Shown: positions 48,856 to 62,330 of the stretch, one piece after another
How the letters are laid out: each line of letters starts with the position of its first letter
Position numbering within the stretch: the first letter of the stretch is position 1
Source of the DNA: Iphione sp. A-MEVVRFRX5
Lineage: Eukaryota
Assembly: GCA_976226885.1 (NCBI GenBank)
Contig: OZ320313.1
Location: forward strand, 61,256,001 to 61,320,000
Direction: 5' to 3'
Length of the DNA: 64,000 bases
The notes under the pieces: generated by a model
What the model saw: only the letters and a program-made list of their open reading frames with translations
The model's database searches: none
What the model was told of the DNA's origin: nothing
Position numbers and translations under genes: made by a program

Positions 48856-50957
48856 CATACTATCCTAAGACTTGCTTTAGAGAAACTGGGTGGAAGTACA
48901 AGCAAGAGATTTTCTACAAAGCCATGATAGCATACATTCTCCCATAACTGCTATCCCAAATTGTTTGCCATTTTCCCTGTGGTTGCTATGGCCTAGTGCT
49001 GCCATCTATTCAAAAATTAGATGACGCATCGTCCACAACAATGGAAGACGAAAGTTTCAGAGCAGTATCTAGCTTGTTTCGCTTTTATTGATTGTAGCCG
49101 TATGGAGGTGGATATATTTGAAGTATGATACTCTCCCACCTTCCAAACCTTTGTGTAACCTTAGAAGCTTTCAATCGCTGCACATTGATACATATATCGA
49201 GCCACACATGAGGTTATACAAGCACTGGTGAAAACATTCGTCATTCAGGAATATAACGTCTAACGTTATCTCATTACAATTTTACTTGCATTTGCATGTG
49301 GACACTGCTATTGATTAGAAAACGAAATAAGTACAAATCCTACTGGAATCAGTTTTGCAATGGACCGGCTAATACCGTACATATATACAAAGGTGTACAT
49401 GTATTACCTTTTCTAAAGAAATATGTTATGTTCTGATCGGAGAATAATGAATACTATTATTTCTTTGTATGTGCCTTTGCAATACATAGCATCGGCAATT
49501 TAAACTACTGTGAATAACAATACCTGCGCTTCTTCAAAGCTAAATTCGTTGTATACTATTGATTCTGTATGTTTGTTTTTCGATTCGCGCAGTCTTTAGG
49601 ACACTTTCTTCACACATCTCCTGTCTAAATTGTCCCGCCAATGCAGGCATGGTCCTCAAGAACGAATAATCGAGAGACGTAGGATCTTAATCTAGCCATG
49701 ACCTTGATTAAGACTCGTCCCTAGCCAAGCCGATTAATCCCAGCTGTAGGACTCAGCAACGACTCAGGCTAGAAGTTAATAGCATGAGAAAACCCATTGC
49801 CTTACGCGGGAAGCGGCTCTTCAGTGATTGAGTAGCTCAGTAAAGTCCGCTTATCTCGAGACTTTAGACCACAAAAATATCATATGCATATAGTGCATGT
49901 AACTATACATATGGTATGGTGTGAATAAAGTAAGTAAAGAACATGTTTAATGTCACTAGCGCACAGACTGTCTTCACGTTTTAGGTCAGTACATTTGCAC
50001 ATGTCAAATTGACCAGGGATTTTTCTTGGCTGTTGCTCACAAAGGTCCGCTGAGATCCACCAGTGAATCTTTTAGTTCATAAGGCAAACAGGCGCATGTT
50101 TAAATGGAATAGTAAGCATTTCATGTTATACATTCGATGTTTTTTCATGCCTTATACAAGCTACACCGTGATTACAGCGGAAGAAATTGTTCACATGCAT
50201 GTAATTTTGTGGATTTCACAAGATGGACCTCCCTGATTGCACATATATAAAATGTGTCTGGACAATCATTTCAGTCCTCTTCCTAACTTATTCTTTTCAT
50301 AGCGTGTTAGTGATCGTTGTGAAGCCGAAAATCATAAGAAACCGTACTTTAATGAGAATGTTTCTACAGTTGTAGGGGCACAAGTTGCAAAGCGTGAGCC
50401 TAATGAGCATCATCGTAAGCGAAAACAAGCTTAGCACTAAAATGCGACATTTTCTGCCCTTGTTTTATCAAAGAATCTTTAATCATCAAAAGGAGATATT
50501 TATTTGACTTAGTTGTAAGACTTTTCGAATTTTTTTCCGAAAAAAAGGGAAAATATTCTAAGATGGAGCAAATTCCTCGAATTTAATGCCCGGCAAACGA
50601 CACTAGGGACATCAGTTTTCCCGAAACACAGACGCATTTTATCTTAATAGCAACTGCCGCTGCTATATAAAAAGTGCCTCGTTGACTTTTTATCCATTAA
50701 AGCATCCATCCTCCCTCTGATGGTAAATACTGCTTTCACATTCTGCATTACTAACGATGCTGCGGCAGACAATTATTACAGTTACAGGTCCATTTAAGTG
50801 TTGCTGGTCGGCAAGTAGTCTATCGGAAGAGTGCTGTATATAACCAGGAAAGTTACATTCGCTCTGGGTAATAGTAACCTTGCGCTAATCAGATTTGCGT
50901 ACTGTGTGTGGACCATATATCAGGGTGTGCCATATGGTTACTAAACGATTCGGTGAT

Positions 50958-51400
50958 TGTTGCAGCAGGCAGCGAATGAGGTGCTCCCGTGGAAGGGGCC
51001 TCTAAGCCCATTGGTGTACGTAGATAGACGACAGGCCGCCGTAAAACCTGCTGTAACGGGCCCGTCCCCTGGCCAGGGCTGCACTCCGGTTAGCACCCCA
51101 CCTCCTCACGGCCTAATGAAATCATATTACCTCATTGCCTTTGGAAATCGTATCAGACTGGCCACGGGCCCGTGTGGCGCAGGGACCATGGGAGATGTCA
51201 TATCAATACAGGGTCAGGCCAAGCGATGGATGAGGGGGGATTGGAATGGTCAGCAGTTTTCTCTACCGGCTTCCCCACCCCACCCTTACAGAAGGCAACC
51301 CTATGTCTGTAGTATTCTCCCGGCGGTTGGTGGCAGAGAGTGTCGAGAAGTCCACATATGTGGAATGGGTTATCATATTTACACCGCCAACGAAGACCTA
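50958..51400 (+). mobile_element. LTR-like remnant related to 1040-1500
   Basis: Starts TGTTGC; AGGGACCATGGGAGATGTCA...CAGGGTC...AGCGATG parallels the block at ~1066-1120. 3' end not found. Confidence 0.33.
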
Positions 51401-54400
51401 TGACTAAATCATTGTATAGACTGTTAACGGCAGAAATCTACACAGGTAGAGTCCTCTTAACAACGTATGAGCGTTGCTTTTTTCAAGAACCACTTTCATC
51501 ACAATTAACCATAACCTTAATATGCTATGGTAAATATAGCACTAAGACGCGATATTAATAGTAAATCTATAGGGTTCCTTGTGTAATTAATTTGCTTCAA
51601 ATTGTTAAATTAATCGATATGTTCTATATACCTGTGTTGATTTGGATATATTCAAACCCAATCAACACAACTAAAAGGGTAAGAGGTATAGCCTGTTCTA
51701 ACCGAAAATGTGTAATACTGTGAGTTATTTGGCTTATTTTACGGTAAAAGCCAGTCAGCTCACAGGTAGATATGTACTTCCATGCTGTAAATGGTTTTGC
51801 TTCTATGTGCGGAAGATGTATTTGGAAAGTACAACGTGCAGTGGACAACTGCACTGGGATTGATTGAATTCGGTGTCTCTGTCCGACATTACTGCAAGCC
51901 CTACTGCTTCTCTTCGAGTTCCATTAAGTTCCCATAAGCCGTGGCTTTCTTTTAAATGATGAAACACAGTCTAATTTCATTAGGCTAAAATTGTGACGCC
52001 CCTCTCCAGCCGTCGAAAAATAACATTTATTATCACAAACAGCATCGTTAAACTGTGAGGCTCAAATATCAAAGTACTACTTAATTCTTGATTGTTCGGA
52101 GCGTGGGAGACGCGGCTCAAAAGTGGCGGCTCGATGGGGGAGGCAGTGAAAGATGGAAGGAACAGGGAGGGGGCTCACTGTTGGGCGGGTTGGTGTAGAT
52201 GAGCTGAAGCTCACTAATACGCATTTGCCAATTATGCGTCATTACGTGAGCATCGACGAACGGGGGCTGTAAAAGGATGGGAGGGTAATGACAGGCCGTG
52301 TTCTCGGGCTCCACTCTCCACCGTCCGTCCTCCTACCAACGTCCGTCCGTCGCTGCCAGGAAAGATTTTTGGCGGCACCGAGCCAAATTTGCCCAGGCGG
52401 CGCTGCGGCTCGCGCCCCGTCGCGTTTAATGTTTCAGACCAGGCGTCAAGGGGTTGAAATTTCAATACGCACGTGTATTGGCAGCAACTATGAATGTGCT
52501 GCCATAATGGGTGCGACTCGACCGCCCTAAGTGTCTGCATGTCCCTTCAGTGCGCCTCTGCATGTCAGCGATAATTGGGTGAAACACAGCTAATGATCAT
52601 GTATTAAACTATAACGTGTTTGTATATGATTATCTCAACGCGGTTGCTATCGGACTGCATCAAATAATGATCGATAATAAGTGGGTTATTATATAGCCCC
52701 TTCGAAAAAATGCAATCCGCATTTGGAGAAGGTGACGTTTCGTTAATATCAGCCAGGTTAAAACTTGACACGAAGAATACTCATCATCATTTTCTGCACA
52801 AGTGCGAAATAACAGTTGCGATACTTAATTGCGTTCATTACGTAGGCCTCCGCGTTTTCAAGTACTATTCTGCCAAGACGCTATTTTATCTGACGTATTT
52901 TAATAGGTCCATTTATGTCTGAAACATATTTACACTGTAACTTCTTGTTGGTGCGAGTGTATAATCGAGATCAATGTTCAACTTCAAAGTGGATGTTTAC
53001 ATCTGCGAAATCCTCTCCAGTAGCGTGGGCAACGACTGATTACTTCCATATTAATCTTCACATGCTCCCCTGATGGTGTGTCCCATAATACATGTACATC
53101 GAATAATCTCGTCAGAATATTCACTTTCTATAAAATGAGTGCGCAGGACAGTCCAATATGTACATTGATGTACAGTTGCGCCATTTACCTAGGTAAACAC
53201 TTCAAGTCAAGCATCCATTCTTTCATTGACCCATACCAGATGCCAGGTCCGTGAGGCAGTTCTCTCTGCGACACGAATCCCTCTGTATCCCCCTCTACGG
53301 TTCGATGAACGAAACAATCTGAGGTGCATGTATTTGCCTCAATCTCTCCCATTTCAGGGTATCAAGTGTATCCATGCACTGGACATTTAGTTCATGTCCT
53401 ACTCACAGAGAAACCTATAAAACTAGCGGTGGCGACGAGGCAGCTTTTCGGAAGAGTCTTGTTTCGACGCACGTGTCCTTCTACTTCTAATGTTTGCATT
53501 TTTTTTTAAAATTTGGAAACAGATGATACTTTTGAGTTGCTCTCGAGTGACTGGCAACCGAGGAGCTAAACATAGCCCGACATGGACGATGTTTACTCGC
53601 CAACCTCCGCCGAATGCCTTCTGTCGAATGTCACTCCGGACAATAAACAGGCGGTGGAATCTGCGTGGTTGCTATGGTGACCGTTCCTGGTGACACGAGT
53701 TGATGCGCTCGCTTTGTTCCCCAACTCTCATTAGCAGCCAGTTGTCTGCAGGTGTCTCCGCTGCTGGGGCTTGGTACGACTGTCGATCGTGCGAACCATT
53801 CAGTTATCCACAGCACGGTACAAACTGCAACTCGGAGTTTGACGCTGTATCGTTCCATATAACAGCGCAGGAAGAGTTTGAATATGACGGGGCAGTTACT
53901 GCTGCTATGTGGGGTACAAGAGCACCTTTGTAGTTGATGAAAGTCTATCGATATTATTTTCTAGGTGCATTGTTTGTATTGTTTGGATAAACTCTTTACT
54001 CATTTGGTGAAGCGTTATAATAAAATAGCGTCCTCTATTCATTGATGAAAAAAAATTATTTACATTCGCGGCACGCTTTATAGACAACAGTGTGTTTGCA
54101 TTCTTTCCGATGCAAGTCAGTTTTCGGGGGAAATTGAATGTTACAGACACTTTGAATGTTTTATATGTGACAGTTGTATCGATGGAACATATTCTACACG
54201 AATACTCTTTGAATTAACTACTTTTGAATAGAAATGTTTATCTGAAGCGATGATGGTGCTTTATTTCATGCCCTCTTTGTATCGGAGAATGTGGTAGTGT
54301 AACTTTAGTGGAGACATTTGTAGAAGGCACACTCTTTTCCCCCTCAGCCCTAGACACATCTGGTTTCCTAATTTAAAATCTACCTGCGTCTAACAGATTA

Positions 54401-54962
54401 TGAGAAATACACACCCAACAGGTCCCCAATGCCGGTCTTTCCAGATTCTATATCTGGACGAAGAATCACACATATATTGGTTGATGGGGAATTTGAACTT
54501 AGTCTGGGCGCCATACGTCAGTACGCCCTTCCTAAGTAACAGCCCATGCCTAAGACATGACACCCAATTAAAGTAACTGTTGTTGTCTATATACGGATAC
54601 ATTTTACATTAATTCTAGCACTGAATGCCGTAACCAATGACCTTTCTTGACGCCTTCCCTCTCCAGAGGGCGTCTGCCTACTACCAATGGTTACTTGTCA
54701 GCGACAGAATATTAAACACATTTTATTCATTTTATTCGAAACACATTCCGAGCTTCAGAAACTTCAGTAATTTGCTACATCACCCGACTGGAATTCTTAG
54801 TGAATCTCCTAGTAGTATTTTGGCTGTCATTATACGACAATCGAACAGGCAGTGTGATGAGATTCAGAGGCTCTTCTAGATTCTTTCATAGACACGGTAA
54901 CAACTACTTGTTATTCAATGATTGACTTGCTGCATGTGAAACTTTGAAGAGCTTTCACCTAC

Positions 54963-55078
54963 CTCGACGTGTCTCATTCCTCCAGTTGAAATCTCATACA
55001 TTGATTCCAACAGTGAAAGATTAAAGCTTTTCATCACTGTGCCATCAATAACATTTTGTTTCTCTCTGTTCAAATATC
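54963..55078 (-). CDS. Candidate coding exon of an unidentified gene
   Basis: Acceptor TTTCACATCTGCAG|, donor GAG|GTAGGT, open phase 1-0 frame GYLNREKQNVIDGTVMKSFNLSLLESMYEISTGGMRHVE. No family recognised. Confidence 0.3.
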
Positions 55079-58000
55079 CTGCAGATGTGAAACATTCAGC
55101 TCCGGTTTGAAAAGGTGGTTCTTTTCTAATTTTCCTAAAAGATTTGCAATTAAATGCTGCGAAAGTAAGCGGTTTTCCAATTCAGCTTTACTCGATAAGC
55201 ATTCCATGTTTAATTAATGTTAAGAGAAAAGAACTGTCTTTTTCTCATAGTTCGTATTAGGTTTTGAAATGCCGGTCGCAGCACGGGTTTATTTCGATGG
55301 TCCGTTCCGTCCAATCGTGTATCAATCTAATGCGCGTCACGGGAACCACGCTTTTCATCCGATGAGAAATAACGACGTAGGCCTTTCCTCCGAGCGCTTT
55401 GCCGCCGAAGATAAGAAATGAGGTGAAATCGTTACTGACCCTTCATCTTCTGCCAATCCCTCAGTTCGGCTGTTCAATATAAAAACAAGGCATCAATCAG
55501 AGAGCCTGCCTCTCCCACTGAAACAGGCCCCTATGGGAACAGGATAGTGAGGGTTAAACTAAAGTAGCCTATCGAAGCAGTGCGGGACCTGTAATATTGT
55601 TAGGTTCAGACTTTACATAGCCACATCCTACCACACGCGCTTCGAAAACCATTTGCCAAAAGACCGAGTGGCTCAGGTTTCAGACTGTGGTGGCTGTTTT
55701 AGGGCGCCATAGATTCCCCAACACCCCTTTGGCACCGTTGATATACATGTCAGTGAACTACCGTTATACCTTAATATAACACCACTCTGCGTAAATCCCT
55801 CTCCCCTCTTTTAAAGCTACATTCAAGGATCATTTTCCGATGGTAACCAATGGTTCGGATGATGAGGTAAAATGCTCTATTTGTTAAAGTAAGATATTCA
55901 ACTCCTATATGACTTTTGCTTCATTCTTTATCACATTATCATTTTTGGCTAACAATTATTTCTTCATACAAAGCTATTATTACAAATAAATAGCGTTCAT
56001 TAGATGACCAGTCCATATGGAGCGTATACCGGTGGTATTCAGGTAAACAATGGCAGAGTGGTAGTTGCGCCGTTTCCATAACTTTGAATCGTCGGAATGA
56101 TTTATATTGATTTGAATTATGAATATAGATTCCTTTTATCAAAACAAATACGTAATTGCTTCGACGGAATTAACTCTCTCACGCCTTTTTTCAGTAAATC
56201 ATCCTTCGTTAACCTTTAAAAACTCCACGTCAGCGGTAAACCTTCCGCTTTCGATCTCAACAAACAAGGATATGAAAATAGGTGCATTACGCAGTATAGA
56301 GAGGAGCAACAGAGGGAGAACCAATACTGCATGGAGCCTTCGTTCGTCAATCATTATGTAATACTGTAGAGTCACGCTGCCTTTCCTTTACCCTGAACAA
56401 TTGCATCAGATCCCTTTTAAACGACTCAATCTCTCCGTAAACCTGCTGTGCTCTCAGGCCTTTCTTTCACTGCCACCTTCATATGCTTGAATAGATTACC
56501 GTTAGGTCAGTCTGCTAGCCCTTTAACGAAGCAAATGTGGGTCTAGATGATAGACGTGCGCCGAAACATCGATTGTCCGAACAGGCGGGTGGTGTCCCAA
56601 CGTCGCAAGGTTTTGTCCGATGCCGATCTCTGATCCGGTGGACCACCTGCCATTCTTGTAGCGGGCACCTCACGACTCCAAGGTATCAGACAAGGCCGCA
56701 TTGATTGGCTTGTTTGCCTCACTCTGGGGAGCAGTGGGGGGACCACGTGTCAGGTAACACAGCCAAATCAATAGCCTAATCAATCGAAGATCAAAGAGCC
56801 AACATCCACCTTTATCTACCACAGCCCACACCTACTGTTACGGACTAGGAAATGAGGCAAGGCTCTAACCTTCAAGTCAGGCAAATGGGAGTTTTGTTGT
56901 TTGATTAAGTAGTGTCTGTCTAGAAGCTCATAGATTGACACTCTTTCAGAACTAAAAAGGTTCCTCAGATCTGGGAAGCCAATAATTACCTATGATAGGT
57001 TATATAGTCTCCAATAATAGCCTTTAATCTGTCCCTTTTTGACCTTGCTCACAATGGGTATGCTCTTGCGAAACCTTGAAATAATGTCTTTTTCAAATGT
57101 TTTGTTGCCAACCTTTTGTTTTGTGCATGGATAAAAAATGGAATGTTTAGTGGTCCTTGCAGGTGAGTTTATGTTCTATCACAACCTGCTGCCGTTTTGG
57201 TTAGAAGTGATGCTATTAACGGCAGAGGCAAAATTCGTTCAGTGACAACCATTCATTTAACTTTTCTGTTCGAGAGTTCTCAACAAGGACACTTGCATTT
57301 CATCCCAGTAATGATCGGAATAGGTTTTGTTCAAACACGAAAAGCTCGAACAATGTCATTGACATCGCTCCAAACAATGGGTAGTGCATCAATACACCAG
57401 TTTTCTAAAGGCATCATTTCAATTTTTTGCCTTGAAATAATGATCTTATTGTAATACAGGCTATGTTAAAATCAGGATGAAAAAAATATCGCGTCGGGCT
57501 AAAATTGACGGGGGGGGCCTCAGTAAAGTGTATTTCATAATGAACAAAAGAAGATCAAAACTACAAAGCAAAACAGAAGCGCCCAAAATGTAATTCATGA
57601 CCGGCAGAAAGTGTTCTGGACACACGTTATCAAAACACACCCATCTTCATCGTGAAAAATCCATTTAGTGCCCCCTATGGGAATGGATCACCTGTCTGGT
57701 TGGCCAATCATAAATCACCACGCTTCTCCCTAAAGAGAAATGATCGGCCGCCAGTTCGGCGCAAAGTGTTTAATAGGTTCACGCCGTGCCTCGCAAGGCA
57801 ACCGACCAAAGTGATATCCCTATTGGAGCAGTGTCCTTCCCTCACTATTTTAAGGGAATGTCGAATTTATCGATCCCGGCGATAGGCTATGGTAAAACGC
57901 GTGCTATATATTACTGCCCAGCTACAGAGCCACTACTTCGAATACACAAGGACACAAGCAAACTTGAGCCCACTTCGCACATGACTTGTATTTGTGGCGC

Positions 58001-59564
58001 AGCTGTCTGTACGAAATATGTACTTCTTCATGCTTGATATATGCTTTGCCTTGATCATATTTCTTCAATAGAACGACCGAACATATTCATCATAACTGTT
58101 AAGGGTGTCATGTTCCGGGAGGAGGTTTTTGCCTTGTGTCTCAGCAGCACTGCATCCATCTCCATCATGGCTTACTACATGGCATTCTTTGTTTCTCATC
58201 AAGTTACTCTTTTTTTATTCCCTAAGACGACGAACACGCCGGCAACATCGTATAATCATAAATGATGATAAAGTGTTTATATGAAGGTAAGATTTCAAAG
58301 TGTCTGCTTTGTGCAACAAGACCGCTGCAAGATGTTTTAGCCGCTCCCATCTTGTCGCCATGCACCTAGCCTATCTGATGATTGCTTCCTGCAATATCAG
58401 TTGGAGTAAAACCGATGTTTTCACTCTCCCCTGGTCATCCTGACAGATTAGGTCAGCGTGGCACGCGGTACAGCACTAAGGGTGACTTGGATCCGTTTCA
58501 AAACGGTGCCCTCAGATGGGCCACGTGATGGCGCTATCAATAATGAAGTCGCATAGACTTGGAGATCTGATGACACGTGCTGATATGGCCGCCCATTAAC
58601 GCCTTCTGCGTGTCAACCGTCACTATCATGGTTCGCTAACTGTTTACTGGACCTGTGGGGCTCACGGATGTTAATATTTGATTCCAGTATATCGCCATGC
58701 GAAACATTTCTCACGTCCTAGTTGATGCACCAACGTTGGCTCGAGCACCAGAGTAGCAGATAAATTCATCGGTGAACTCCGTACATTTTAGTTCAGAGGT
58801 TGTATAACCTTTATGTACAGGAACATAATTATGTATTCCCTCGCTCTGTCTGAGATTTGATATTTGGATTGCGTGTTATATGAGTATCTAGTGTGGCGAA
58901 ATTGCATCATCATCTCAGGCTGTGCTACACGGTTCTCGGCACGAGTATGAGTACGGGTTTTCCGGATTCAAAATAAACGACTTGAGCTGAAAGCATCCTT
59001 CTGGCCTTAAATCGACCCCCGGAATTGATTTGTTGCATCAGCAACTACATGGGCACCGCCCATTTCCTCCGACAACATCGCTGGTGGTGTACATCCTTAA
59101 GGGATGTTCGTATCACTGGCTTTGTAATATACAAAATTTACCAGTTTCTCAGTGGGTGATTTCGCAAGTATAGAATCTAAACCTTTACACGAACAGAACA
59201 TATCCAATACCAACTGTAAAATTGTGGTTACTTCTCTCACGAGTCCTTTGTTATGGGTACTAGCAGTTATCTATATCACTTGTATGCGGGCATCCATGTA
59301 TTATATATTCTTACGTCTAAAGGTTTTAGGGACAGTCGTGATATTGACGTGTTTACCATGGACGGCAGGTCATCCATTACACATTGACACATACCGAGGT
59401 CCCCAAATGGGACTCTATAATGCCACGCACCCGCATGCTACCTGCTTGCAACACTAAACAAATTTGGATGGACCGGCATGGTGCTGCATTCAAAGTCATG
59501 CAAATAATTGAAAACCGCAGGTGTAATACCATGGCAACTCTGACTCATATCGTATTTGGTAGGT

Positions 59565-59635
59565 CGATGGGATTTGAACTGAAACTGCAGCTACAGGTCA
59601 GGGCCAGAGGCGTTACCAGTGGCTTTCCAACGCAG
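59565..59635 (-). other. Degenerate tRNA-derived SINE head
   Basis: Minus strand AAGCCACTGGTAACGCC...AGTTCAAATCCC (A/B-box-like). Confidence 0.33.
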
Positions 59636-62184
59636 CAATCTATAGCCTAAAAGCAGTGCATCAGAGATCCTTTTCTACAGACAGACGTGGCTGGGTGTCT
59701 TGATCCTTACAAAAGGAAGAGATGAAGCCCGCCAGACTAGACTTTCATTCGATAGATGATATTAGGAAGTACATTACAGACACGTTGAGCTCTACACTTC
59801 AAACCTCTACATCTATTTTCATAATATGCTTTTCCTGTAGAGATTACCAGGTGTGGCTGTAATATGTTGTTTTTACTTCGGACTAGACATGTCATTTTTG
59901 CCATTCTTTTTTACTAGATGTGTCATTAAGGCTGCTCTAATGAGTCTAGGTGATAAATACTTACCAAGATCAGTAAGAATCCAAAAGGAAGAAAACTAAA
60001 CGAAGAAATATTAACGAACGCATTTCACTGATGAGCTTTAAACTAATTTTTCTTGTTGCAAATTGACTGCGATGTCCTCATTGTTTCATAGCATTGAGTG
60101 GAGATCATTCATATAGGGTTTCCCTTCCACTGCATGATGAAATCTGCCTTGCCTGATGGGGTTTCAAACCACAGTGGAAAAAGGGAGGAGACAGCTGGGG
60201 GACTGATTACCCTTTTGTCGCAGACCTCCAGCCAGGATAATTGATTGGATAAGATTCGTCGAATACGTTTTCTTACGGCATTACATAAATAACCAAGGAC
60301 TCTCTCTCTCTTTCTCCTCGTAGCGTCAATTTTAATAGATCTGAACCTTGACTGTCTAACCTCTCACTTCCGAATATACCTATGCGCCTCCTGCTCTCTT
60401 AGACATCACTCACGGTCGTAAACTGCCGCCCTTTTTCTTCCGGCTTTGCAATATCATCCATCAATTGCAAACGCCTGAGGCTGTATTTTCCTCTCAAAGG
60501 TTAGAGGTAATCAGTGCATCGAATGGGGTTAAGATACGTACATGAACTGTAACACTGCTTGATTTTATAGAGCGGACAGGAAATGATATTTTTAAACTCG
60601 TTAAACCAGGAGTGTAAGGAGAACAGATAGCATATGAACGGCCCGTGCTATGGTTCGTTTTATGTCAAGTAGACTGTGGATGAGAGGACTTTCTAAGAAT
60701 GCATTGCCAATGATGAACAGAGTGCCTCTCTATAATTTACTACGTTTGGTGTGTCTTATCTCTCAAGTTGATAAAGACTATTTATTAGTAGGTCAACGGT
60801 CTAATGCCTTTACATCGTTGCAAATGACAATCATGAATTGCCCTTTTATCTCTTGTCGACACGAATGATTCGTTTCCCTATTCAGAGACTTAGTGTTCTG
60901 AGCAGGTATTAAATTCAAAATGTAATCTCTGTCCCCCCAAAAGTCGAAACCATTGGCATTGTCTTGCACACTGGGAGCGCTCTTGCATTGATAAGAATTC
61001 CCCTGTGGCGTTCGAATTCTATACCGATGCAATTAGTTGCGTGAAAGATAATTGTGATTTTATTAATTTTCTGTCAAGGCACACACTGTTGATATCAATA
61101 CTTTTGAGTCCTAACGGAATAGTTTTGTCTCGTTGGTATTAGATATGAACATAATGTGACAGTGGCCAGAAGTAAAAACCATATTTGGTTAATGAATTGG
61201 TGTAGGATTGGTAGTGCAACTGTAGCAATATATAAAAGTGTAAGAAGCTAGATGCACAGGGAGACACTACCAAATGACTTTATTTTTGCTCCAACCCTTC
61301 GTTTTTGTATACATATATATATATATATATCCTCTCTATAACATTTATTTCACACTAACCATTCGGTCTTATAAGGTATCACATCATTATCCCTAGAGCC
61401 ACTATACCATTTCATTATCCCCATGGCATGCTGAGGTGCATTCACCAGTGTTTGCTATCCATGTGCATTTTTATGCGTTTTACATACATTTTCTGTCAAT
61501 GCAGCCTCATGGATGGGGGTGCCCATGACAGTGTGTTTCTAGTGCATGAATGATACTGGAAAAAGAATAAAAACTGGCCTGGCAAATTTCACTGGAAAAA
61601 GTATAAAAACTGGTGAATGTCACTGGAAAAGTCAGTAAAAATGAGGAAAGAAGAGGAAATATGAGGAAATCTGCCAGCTCCAAAGGTATCTCTGGTATAC
61701 TACTGTCTGTTTTGCAATTTCTGTGCATGAAATTATCGGTTAAGGACCATTAATAAACAATGGACAAAAAATGGACACTAACAGACATGAACACAATTGG
61801 CACCCTTCAATGAAAGCCTACAGTTCAATGAAAATGGAGCCAAACGGAGCCGAAACAGAGACAAAATGCATAGACACCAACGCAGGTACGGAAACCAGCC
61901 GTTACAGGTACAGTAAGATGGCAAGTTAGCAGATCAGTACAGAACCTCACAAGTACATCATATATTGTCGGTAGGGAAAACATACTTGGTTCATCCTAGT
62001 TGTGCAGTATAGAAAACAGACAGCAGCACTGTCAAGATCTAGTAATTCTGCAGACACAAGAAAAGACATACTGTGGCGAATGAAGCAATGATGCAAATTC
62101 AAGTAATGTTGTTGATGCTATAGGTCTGGACATACAACACATGTGCAGGACACACACAGATGGAATCCTACTTCGAGTACGATG

Positions 62185-62330
62185 AGGATATATGTAGGAA
62201 GCACTCAGTATTTAATCTACATATGATGATCTATACAGGAAGCACCCAGCATGAGTAACATAAGATGATGTAGATACATTTTAGGAAATACTCAGTACGA
62301 TTAACAGGTGGTGATACATATCGGAAGCAC
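62185..62330. repeat. Degenerate minisatellite, ~4 units of ~43 bp
   Basis: Recurrent ATA..TAGGAAGCACTCAG motif at ~62190, ~62232, ~62275, ~62317. Confidence 0.6.

Noticed and set aside
55980-56100. Minus-strand HSD…SAIVYLN resembling a 2OG-Fe(II) prolyl hydroxylase motif
   Set aside because: Short frame, no downstream GG.L.F or distal His, no convincing splice sites; likely chance.
17503-60034. Hammerhead core CTGATGA at 17503, 32794 and 60028
   Set aside because: No stem II closed by a properly placed GAAA and no stem I/III partners.
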